From the NCBI RefSeq assembly GCF_037902255.1, contig NZ_CP147990.1, positions 2,550,001 through 2,582,000 of the forward strand: a stretch of DNA of 32,000 bases, read 5' to 3'. Positions 8,457 through 15,566 of this stretch are shown here, one piece after another. The position numbers and the translations under genes are program-made. Every line of letters starts with the position of its first letter. Position 1 is the first letter of the stretch. The notes beneath the pieces were generated by a model. That model was not told the origin of the DNA. It worked only from the letters and a program-made list of their open reading frames with translations, and did not search any database. The stretch is from Candidatus Electrothrix sp. GW3-4. GTDB taxonomy: Bacteria > Desulfobacterota > Desulfobulbia > Desulfobulbales > Desulfobulbaceae.

Positions 8457-8638
8457 ACTTGATTCCACAAGACATATAAATCTTGCTTTTGCAGTTTTAT
8501 CTTGAAAAAATCAATGTGAGCAAAAGGGGGAGAAAGTGCTGTTTGTCGCCGATGGATAAAAATCGCGAGGGTAAGCTGTTTGCTTCGCTCAGACCTTCTC
8601 AAGTGGTTGAGACGATAAAAGAGCTTTATCGCAGGATT

Positions 8639-8732
8639 CAGTATACCCCTTCATCCCGGCCCAGCGGGCCGGGCCAACAAAGCATGAAAGGTGGGAAGCC
8701 TGATCGACTTCGCCGACCACTTTCATATAAAG
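8639..8732. repeat. Second short repeat family, copy A (about 94 bp)
   Basis: CAGTATA..CATCCCGGCCCAGCGGGCCGG..CATGAAAGG..ACTTTCATATAAAG aligns with 19196..19295. The ends and an internal hairpin are conserved; the centre is diverged. Confidence 0.5.
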
Positions 8733-8945
8733 AAGCAGAGAACAGAGCGAGATTATTTTGTTTGAAACATGAATCGTATGCTTTATTCCGATATAGCGGA
8801 AAAAGGACTGCCGATCGGCAGTGGGTCAGCCAAGAGTGTAATACAAAGAGTAGTCAACCTGCGTTTCAAGGATTCTTCGCTGTTTTGGTTGAAGGAAACA
8901 GCCGAGGCTATGCTGTATTTACGGGCGCACTATAAAGCCGCTTAA
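8688..8945 (+). pseudogene. Transposase C-terminal remnant (in-frame TGA at 8763-8765)
   Basis: The frame reads ..LIDFADHFHIKKQRTERDYFV*NMNRMLYSDIAEKGLPIGSGSAKSVIQRVVNLRFKDSSLFWLKETAEAMLYLRAHYKAA*. As I recall, the block (RM.Y....GLPIGSG..ES..K..V..R.K..GM.W....A.AML.LR) is the conserved C-terminus of ISKra4-like/related DDE transposases. The N-terminal ~80% of the gene is absent. Confidence 0.5.
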
Positions 8946-9030
8946 AGGAAGATGGAAGATGCTGAGAGAGCATATTTCTCATTGAAGGCTGCGAGGGTAT
9001 TTGACCAAATCTTATGGCATGCGCCCTTAT

Positions 9031-9082
9031 AAAAAAAATCTTCTCCTCAGCCGTTCTAGAGAAATCAGCTTAAGGAGAAGAT
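9031..9082 (-). terminator. Rho-independent terminator of the DsbC-like gene
   Basis: Perfect 10-bp stem ATCTTCTCCT (9038-9047) / AGGAGAAGAT (9073-9082), followed on the minus strand by T8 (9031-9038). It lies 31 nt downstream of the stop. The loop is long (25 nt). Confidence 0.6.
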
Positions 9083-9112
9083 GAGTTAGCAGGCAGTACC
9101 CTCAGGACAAAA

Positions 9113-9943
9113 TTATTTTTTTTCCTTCTCCTTCTCCTTCTCCTTCTCCTGAAGGGAGGATATAATCTGATCTGCCTTTTTAAATCCAGGAAGAACGCGT
9201 CCATCTGGCATGATCAAGGTCGGAGTGGAGGCGATATAGAACTTCTTGGCTAAGGTGATATTCTTCTCAACGATATCAGTATCGCAGTCTGGTGCAGGCA
9301 AAGGCTTTTTGTTCAGGCTGTCTTCCAGGAGGGCTATAGCCTTCTCATTCTCGCCTTTCAACTTGGTACAGACAATGGTTTGCGCCTTGGACTTGGCATT
9401 CGGGTGCATAGCCAAGGGAAACATTTTAATAAAAAAGGCGATATCAGGGCGCTGCGCAATAACTTTTTTCATTTCATGGTGGAGCCTACCGCAGTATGTA
9501 CACTCTGGATCATCAAACACAATAATCTTATTTTTCGCAGCAGCATCGCCAAGAATAAGGACGTCATCCAGAGGGATCTCCGAGCGATCAACCTTATTCA
9601 TTTTAACAAAATTTTCCTGCGTCACATTCTCATTATTCTTCAGGCGAATCACGTTACCACTGATCAGGTAGCTCTTGGAAAAATCAAGATAGAACGGAAG
9701 CTTCTGGCCGTTATAGACAGCCTCTACATCCCAAAGCCCTGGCACTTCGCTGCGTTTGACGTCCAGGACTTCGCTAACCTTGCCTTTGAGCAAACGGGCA
9801 ACCTCGTCTCGGTTGACAGAATGGCAGTCGCGGCAGTCCCCAGCACCGCAACCGGCTTCTTGGAACCCCATTGCCTGACTGCCAGAGAGCAAGGTAACAA
9901 GAAAAAAAGAAAGAAAAAGTTTATTGCGCTTCATAATCGACAT
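9113..9943 (-). CDS. Periplasmic DsbC/DsbG-family thiol:disulfide interchange protein with an additional N-terminal CxxCH motif
   Basis: Signal peptide (MKRNKLFLSFFLVTLLSGSQAMG). Thioredoxin-fold active site DDPECTYCGRLH. DsbC-like N-terminal region. GCGAGDCRDCH directly follows the signal peptide. C-terminal tail QEKEKEKEKEKK. Confidence 0.8.
   Translation of the reverse strand: MSIMKRNKLFLSFFLVTLLSGSQAMGFQEAGCGAGDCRDCHSVNRDEVARLLKGKVSEVLDVKRSEVPGLWDVEAVYNGQKLPFYLDFSKSYLISGNVIRLKNNENVTQENFVKMNKVDRSEIPLDDVLILGDAAAKNKIIVFDDPECTYCGRLHHEMKKVIAQRPDIAFFIKMFPLAMHPNAKSKAQTIVCTKLKGENEKAIALLEDSLNKKPLPAPDCDTDIVEKNITLAKKFYIASTPTLIMPDGRVLPGFKKADQIISSLQEKEKEKEKEKK
9124..9150. repeat. Hexanucleotide microsatellite (CCTTCT) x4.5 encoding the (EK)n tail
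   Basis: Read directly: ccttct ccttct ccttct ccttct cct. It is in frame within the 3' end of the DsbC-like gene. Confidence 0.9.
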
Positions 9944-10128
9944 AAAAAGTAAGAGTTTTTCTCAGATTGTTCGACAAAGCCACTTCCGCTGCATAACGTA
10001 CAGCGATCACACTGTTTACATATGAGCCAGTTTACCGTTTTCTAACCGTAAAAGCAAGGTGGTTCAACGGGAAGGCCTCTTGGTGTCTTTGCTATTTTTA
10101 TTCTCAAGGAGGCAAGGATGATAAGACA

Positions 10129-10166
10129 TAAAAAAGGCCGCCAGCTTACGCCAGCGACCTTTTTTC
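10129..10166. terminator. Hairpin flanked by A-run and T-run (bidirectional-type terminator), downstream of the 76-aa gene
   Basis: aaaaaaGGCCGC-cagcttacgcca-GCGACCtttttt. On the minus-strand RNA this is GGUCGC/GCGGCC (6 bp including one G-U pair) followed by U6. Confidence 0.45.
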
Positions 10167-10291
10167 TCTCTCGTTAGAGACCTACTTTAACGAATTCAGA
10201 ATAAAAAAACAACAGGCTTCAATATCCATAGAAGATATCACTCTCTTCTTCTGAACCGGAAAAGGACGCAATTCAGTTTAATCAAGCTGAA

Positions 10292-10522
10292 CTATTTTTC
10301 TTTCTCGATGCGCACATCCAAACCAGCCTTACGATAAGCCTGCGAGAATTTTTCCACCTTGGCTTTATCTTCGGAACTAAAGAGCTTACGAGGTCGTCCA
10401 TTCAACAACGTCTCCCGAACCTTCTCTTCGGATAACTTCGAGATGCGCTGAATCATCACAATACATTCCTTTTCCTTGGCCCCGGTGAACAAGCGTCCCT
10501 GAGAAATCAAATGGTATTTCAT
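10292..10522 (-). CDS. Small conserved-looking hypothetical protein (76 aa)
   Basis: ORF with AGGGG 6 nt upstream of the ATG. The sequence pattern (G.LF.G..KE.....I.K..KLSEEKV...L.GRP...........A.K....Y.KAGL.V.IE) resembles a small domain I recall from many proteobacterial hypotheticals. No known function. Confidence 0.5.
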   Translation of the reverse strand: MKYHLISQGRLFTGAKEKECIVMIQRISKLSEEKVRETLLNGRPRKLFSSEDKAKVEKFSQAYRKAGLDVRIEKEK

Positions 10523-10653
10523 CGACAGCCCCTATCTTCAAATCATTTTTTTAATATGATTATTATATTAACATATCTGCCCTCCAGATACCCGACTTAT
10601 CTTACAGGCTTTCATACTTTCCAGCAACAATCTTCTCTCTGCCTGTGTACTCC

Positions 10654-13110
10654 TTACCGCTCCTGTTGCAATTTCCTGAGTCTCTGCTGCAGCCCTTTAT
10701 CCAGGGGATCAAGCAGTAACGCCTGCTCGTACTCCTCAATTGCCTGCCCCTTATTCCCTTTTTTAAAAAATATCTCACCAAGAGAAATATGAAAAGGGGC
10801 ATAACGGGGCAGATGCCGAAGACCAAGCCGCAGGGCCTCTTCTGCCTCTGCCTCTTTATTTTTCGTGCGATAATACCGGGCCACTTCGATAAAATAACGA
10901 GGAAGCACCTTGGGTTCGTTTTCAATGAAGTCAAGTGAGCGCTTCAAGACAAACGCATATTCTTCTGTTTTCTTTTCCTTTTTTATCTGATCCCAAAAGC
11001 CAAACCAGACAGAGGTCCGCTCAGGTAACGTTGCGGCCACTTCCTTCTGGTCAAGCCCATACTGAGTCAGCAAGGGATAAAAGGGACGCAACAGATTGGC
11101 ATTCTGCTCAAGCTCTTTTCTCAACCTCTCCAGGCCCTGTCTTCTTGGATCACGAGAAAGCTCAAATTTCGCCCAGTTTTGAAAGGATACGGCCCTTTGC
11201 TCAGCTCTTCTATACCCGGTCTCCAACAAATTCTGCGCTTGTATGGGATCAACAGAAGTCATCAAATGACCAAGCTGTTGCAGATAGACAAAATGCATGG
11301 GTTGCCGCAGTACCGCCTCTCCAGACAGGGCAATAGCTTCGTTGTTTTTCCGCTGCCATCTCTTGACGTTTGCCAAAGCATAGGCATACATCCCGCTCAA
11401 GGAATCAATATTCTTTGCCTCTTCAAGCAGCCCAACCATTTTTTCTGCCTTGACAGCAGGCTCCAGGGAGCTTACGGCGAACACCAACCTTGCCTGCTGA
11501 TACTTTCTTTCTGCCAACACCATTCGTCCTTGCAAACACAAGGTGACGCAAAAAAGAAGAAGCGTCATTATAAACATCCCCCCTTTCATTCGCTGACTCG
11601 AGGTCACTGGCACCAATAAGGTGCGGGAATTCTGAGAGGAGCATCGAGTGTTTCCGGCCGAGACCAGCAGCGCGCAACAAAAAGCAAAATAAAGGCCGTT
11701 TGCACCATTATGCAAATTAAAATCAAAAAGGCTATAGACAAGCATCCCGGCAACACTACTCAATGCGCCCATTGCAAGAAGATATGATACGCTCTCCTTA
11801 CGCACCTGAATCTGCCGACAGCCTCCCCTTAATACGCTCACAATAAAGCACAGGCCTATGACACCGGCTATGAGCCCACCATCTGTGAGCAGTTCTAAAA
11901 AATCATTATGCGCGTGCTCATAAAGCAGGTCGTCAGGAAGGGTTTTATAGCTCGGAAAGATATCCACAAAGGTACCGAAACCACTTCCTGTGAAAGGAAA
12001 AGCCGCTATTATCCTCAGGGCGTCAGCCCAAACCAACAATCGATCATCCTTAATCCCACCAGCTTTGCTATCAATAATATTCCTGAAACGCTCAAGGATG
12101 GGCTCCCAGCTGTACCAGCTCACGATAATCAGCAGACCAATCGCCAGAACGAGCAAAGGGAGCGTTCCCATTCTTCTCTGCTGCCGACGAATAAGAAGAA
12201 AAAAAAGCAGTACGCCGCAGACAATACTGAGAATCCCCCCCCGTGACTGGGTCAGAAAAACGGAAGCAAGGAGAACAACAGTACCAAAACCCCAAAAAAG
12301 ATGCACTGTTGCACCATTGTCAGAGAAAAAGGCCACTATTTTCTCCCTGATGGTTTCTCCATGCTTGAGTGAAGGACGGTGCAATACAAATTGCGAGAGC
12401 ACAAGCGGACAGAGCATAACCATGAAGCCTGCATAGTGGTTCTTATACACCCAGGGCCCAAAAGCTGTTTTTCCTTCTGTCAATTTACGAAACCAGAAAA
12501 GAGTATCAGGGGCCGTCACCCTCTGTAAAATAGAAAAAAAGGCAATAAAGACGGCTAATGCACTGACAACTTGAACCGTCCTCAGCAATCTACGACTGCT
12601 CGTGAGCAGTTGAACGGTTATCAAATAAAAAAGCGCATATGAACTGACCCGGAGTAGCTCTTGCAGGGTTGCCTTCCGGTTGATAGTCAAGGGAATCCAA
12701 TTACCGAGGTGAGGCAATGCAGACAGGTCAAGAACCGGCTGATAGGCATGAAAGATATTTGGCGCAATCATGCGCACCAGAGGAGCAGGCAGAGAAAGGG
12801 ACTGGAACGCCATCCAGCTGAGCAACAAAACCAGGGCCAGCAAGCCTGGAGAACGATAATAAGTGCCTTTTGCCTTGGCAAAAGGAAAGAAGAGCCAGAT
12901 TCCAGCAAGAACGACAAGCAACTCCAGCGTGAACAAAGACCAGGTTTCTGTCGTGCCAAAGGCCAGCGGGGCAAAAAATAAGGTGAGCAAAAAAAGGAAA
13001 AAGGGCCCTCCTCTCTGCCCTCCCTGTGGCCGCTCAGCTCTTCTTTTGTTCCGTATAATAGCCCCCCTTCCCCTTACGAGAAGAGTAGGAATAATATCCG
13101 TAATATCCAT
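10654..13110 (-). CDS. Polytopic Wzy_C / O-antigen-ligase-like membrane protein fused to a C-terminal TPR domain
   Basis: Many TM helices. Wzy_C-type signature region YEHAHNDFLELLTDGGLIAGVIG. The C-terminal ~300 aa are TPR-like (..EAEEALRLGLRHLPRYAPFHISLGEIFFKKGNKGQAIEEYEQALLLDP). The listed ATG overlaps the upstream gene by 77 nt and has no SD, so the true start is uncertain. Confidence 0.8.
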   Translation of the reverse strand: MDITDIIPTLLVRGRGAIIRNKRRAERPQGGQRGGPFFLFLLTLFFAPLAFGTTETWSLFTLELLVVLAGIWLFFPFAKAKGTYYRSPGLLALVLLLSWMAFQSLSLPAPLVRMIAPNIFHAYQPVLDLSALPHLGNWIPLTINRKATLQELLRVSSYALFYLITVQLLTSSRRLLRTVQVVSALAVFIAFFSILQRVTAPDTLFWFRKLTEGKTAFGPWVYKNHYAGFMVMLCPLVLSQFVLHRPSLKHGETIREKIVAFFSDNGATVHLFWGFGTVVLLASVFLTQSRGGILSIVCGVLLFFLLIRRQQRRMGTLPLLVLAIGLLIIVSWYSWEPILERFRNIIDSKAGGIKDDRLLVWADALRIIAAFPFTGSGFGTFVDIFPSYKTLPDDLLYEHAHNDFLELLTDGGLIAGVIGLCFIVSVLRGGCRQIQVRKESVSYLLAMGALSSVAGMLVYSLFDFNLHNGANGLYFAFCCALLVSAGNTRCSSQNSRTLLVPVTSSQRMKGGMFIMTLLLFCVTLCLQGRMVLAERKYQQARLVFAVSSLEPAVKAEKMVGLLEEAKNIDSLSGMYAYALANVKRWQRKNNEAIALSGEAVLRQPMHFVYLQQLGHLMTSVDPIQAQNLLETGYRRAEQRAVSFQNWAKFELSRDPRRQGLERLRKELEQNANLLRPFYPLLTQYGLDQKEVAATLPERTSVWFGFWDQIKKEKKTEEYAFVLKRSLDFIENEPKVLPRYFIEVARYYRTKNKEAEAEEALRLGLRHLPRYAPFHISLGEIFFKKGNKGQAIEEYEQALLLDPLDKGLQQRLRKLQQER

Positions 13111-15340
13111 ACCCGGCGGTCTTTTTTGTCACACGATTGAGCACAAAGCCCAGCAGATGCGCCTGACTTTCCCGTAATTTTTTTATGCCGCTGTCCAGCA
13201 TATCAAAAGTGGTTTTTCCCGAGCGCAGGACAGTCACCGTCCCGTCAACCAGACCAGCTAAGAGCAGACTGTCTGTCACCTGCTGTACCGGCGGAGAATC
13301 AAGGAGGACAAAATCAAAGCGTTCTATAGACTTAAGCAGTAATGTTTTCATCCTTTTTGAGCCCAATAACTCAGCTGGATTCGGTGGTATCGGACCAGAG
13401 GGGAGCAGTGAGATTCCGCTGAGCGGCAGTTGTTTGATCAAGCTCGGTTGCTGCTCATCCGTGTTGCCAGAAAGGTAATTACTCAACCCGTAGGAATTAT
13501 TCACTTCAAACATAGAATGCTGTCTCGGGCGCCGCATATCACAATCGACAATCAGAATCTTTTTATCATTCTGTGCCAGGATATAGGCAAGATTCTTGGT
13601 TGTGGTACTCTTCCCCTCCTGCTGCATCATACTGGTAATAAGGAGGGTGCGCGGTGGATGATCCGGTGTGGAAAGAAGCAAACTGGAGCGAATAAGCCTA
13701 TAGCTCTCGCTAAAGGCGGAAAGGGGGTTATCCTGGATAAATGTCTCAATATTTTTATTCTTCTTTGACAGCTCTTCCACTGCACCAAGAACGGTCATTC
13801 CGTACCGTTTTTCCAGCTCCTCACCAGCTGACACCGTATTATCGAGGTAATCAATAAAAAAAACCAAGGCTATTCCAGTGCCCAAACCAATGATCAGCCC
13901 GACCATCAACTCTTTCTTTTTATTTGGTTTTGAGGGAGCAAGGGGAAGATCAGCCTTTTTTATTGCCCAGATTCTGATATCCATAGCCTGAGCCGTAACG
14001 TTGGTCTTCTTGATACTACTGGACAATGCATCGTATACGGTCCGATTCATTTCCTTATCCCGATTCAGGATGGTGTACTGAACAAATCGCTCGTTCATAT
14101 CCTGCATTTCTGCCTTGGTTTCCTTCATCATCTTGGCCAAATCTCTGACCCGAGTTTTGGCAAGCTCATAGCTGTTTTTGGCGACCTCAATGACTCGCTC
14201 CACCTCTGCCCGTTTCTTTTTAAAAAGAAGTTCCTGATCAGCCCGGGCTTTGATCATCATCGGGTGTTTTTCGCCGTACCTCTTGGACAACTCTCTGATA
14301 TGCTGCTCTGCGGCAAAGAGTTCGCCACGCAGGGTCTGTAACTCGCCATTATTGGCAAGCAAGGGAATGGCCTCAAGTTTTTTATCGTTTCTCCCTGCTT
14401 TCTTTATCTGGTGATAAACAGCTGCATACTTTTTCTCTTCTGTTTGCGCGGCTGAAAGCTCTGAGCTGAACTGAGAAAGACGCTCTGGGAGGACAGCGAG
14501 TTTATTCTCCACTGTCACAATATCGTGTTTCCGCATGTAAGCCTGCAAGGCCCTTTCTGAATCCTCCAACTTCCTTCTTTCCTCATCGGCCTTAACAGTC
14601 ATCCAGTTCAGACTGTGCCTTGTGGTACTTGTTTTGATATCTAAAATTTCTTCAATATAGGCCTGGACCACGCCATTAGCGACAAGTCGGGCAATTTCCG
14701 GTACCCGATGCGTATAACTGATATTGACAATCTTTGTATCGCGCACAGGAATAAGTGTGAGAGCACCCTGAATCATGGCCGCAATCTGTTCGGCATCACT
14801 TTTCGGCTCACTCTGAGGGATTACTTTATCCTGCTTCCCCTCATCAGCTGCATGGGGAATATCCAGTGTGGGGGCTGATCCCGTTAATGAGGACAGAAAA
14901 GATGTTACAGAAGAAACAATTCCAGCAAAAAAAGATCGCACGGACTCTCTGACAGAACCCATGACATCCGAACCAGCAGAATTATTTCCTAAAAAATAAT
15001 CTCTGTACTCGGTATCCAGCTGCTGATTTCTCACAACCCTGAGAGCGACATTAAAGCTGCGTATCAACTCGAACTGGGTTGCCTTAAAATCAGGGTCCCA
15101 GGTGATGTACGTTGCCAATCCTTCAAGGCGTCCTTTCTCTTGATTTTTTTCAACCAAGACCTGCGTTGTTGCCGTATACAACGGGACCTTCGAAAAAGTA
15201 GATAATGCCGTTGTCAGAAAGATTATTGCAGCAACGGTCATAATCAACCATTTCCGTTTTTGGATAACACGGAGATAATCAATGAGATGCTTCGAGGTTG
15301 GTTGCTGAAAACTCTCAGTTATAGCTTCTTCAGGATACAT
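13034..15340 (-). CDS. Polysaccharide co-polymerase / tyrosine autokinase (Wzc/GumC/EpsG-like, fused Wzz + BY-kinase)
   Basis: N-terminal Wzz topology (TM - periplasmic coiled coil - TM). C-terminal P-loop ATPase with Walker A (QQEGKSTTTKNLA), Walker A' (ILIVDCDMRRP) and Walker B (FVLLDSPP). Tyr-rich tail GYGYYGYYSYSS..GGYY. Confidence 0.85.
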   Translation of the reverse strand: MYPEEAITESFQQPTSKHLIDYLRVIQKRKWLIMTVAAIIFLTTALSTFSKVPLYTATTQVLVEKNQEKGRLEGLATYITWDPDFKATQFELIRSFNVALRVVRNQQLDTEYRDYFLGNNSAGSDVMGSVRESVRSFFAGIVSSVTSFLSSLTGSAPTLDIPHAADEGKQDKVIPQSEPKSDAEQIAAMIQGALTLIPVRDTKIVNISYTHRVPEIARLVANGVVQAYIEEILDIKTSTTRHSLNWMTVKADEERRKLEDSERALQAYMRKHDIVTVENKLAVLPERLSQFSSELSAAQTEEKKYAAVYHQIKKAGRNDKKLEAIPLLANNGELQTLRGELFAAEQHIRELSKRYGEKHPMMIKARADQELLFKKKRAEVERVIEVAKNSYELAKTRVRDLAKMMKETKAEMQDMNERFVQYTILNRDKEMNRTVYDALSSSIKKTNVTAQAMDIRIWAIKKADLPLAPSKPNKKKELMVGLIIGLGTGIALVFFIDYLDNTVSAGEELEKRYGMTVLGAVEELSKKNKNIETFIQDNPLSAFSESYRLIRSSLLLSTPDHPPRTLLITSMMQQEGKSTTTKNLAYILAQNDKKILIVDCDMRRPRQHSMFEVNNSYGLSNYLSGNTDEQQPSLIKQLPLSGISLLPSGPIPPNPAELLGSKRMKTLLLKSIERFDFVLLDSPPVQQVTDSLLLAGLVDGTVTVLRSGKTTFDMLDSGIKKLRESQAHLLGFVLNRVTKKTAGYGYYGYYSYSSRKGKGGYYTEQKKS

Positions 15341-15566
15341 TCTAAAATGTTATGCATAACAAAAGACAAAACTTTAGCTCATGCTTGATGAAGTTTTTCA
15401 GAGCTCGCGCTCAACAACGCGAACATAGGTAGCAAAATTATGCAAGAGGCTTTACTGACAGGCAGGGGTTGCCCTGGGTATACGGATTACTCCGCTTGTA
15501 CTTCAAAAGAAAGAAGAGCAGAGAGAGGTTATTTTCTTTCCTTATCAGAGAAGGGCCAGAAAGACC

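Noticed and set aside
8483-8935. 150-aa plus-strand ORF listed in the track
   Set aside because: The sequence is low-complexity and unlike a real protein. A different frame over the same DNA carries a recognisable transposase C-terminus with an in-frame stop. The ORF also runs across a repeat copy. I treat it as a chance ORF over a pseudogene.
9124-9150. Short tandem repeats (CCTTCT tract; ~245-bp SLBB repeats at 15570-16280) as CRISPR-like arrays
   Set aside because: Both are in-frame coding repeats without unique spacers, and no cas genes are present.
10511-10934. 93-aa plus-strand and 110-aa minus-strand ORFs around the 3' end of the Wzy_C-TPR gene
   Set aside because: They overlap the TPR-coding frame or AT-rich intergenic DNA. 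They have no start context or recognisable features.
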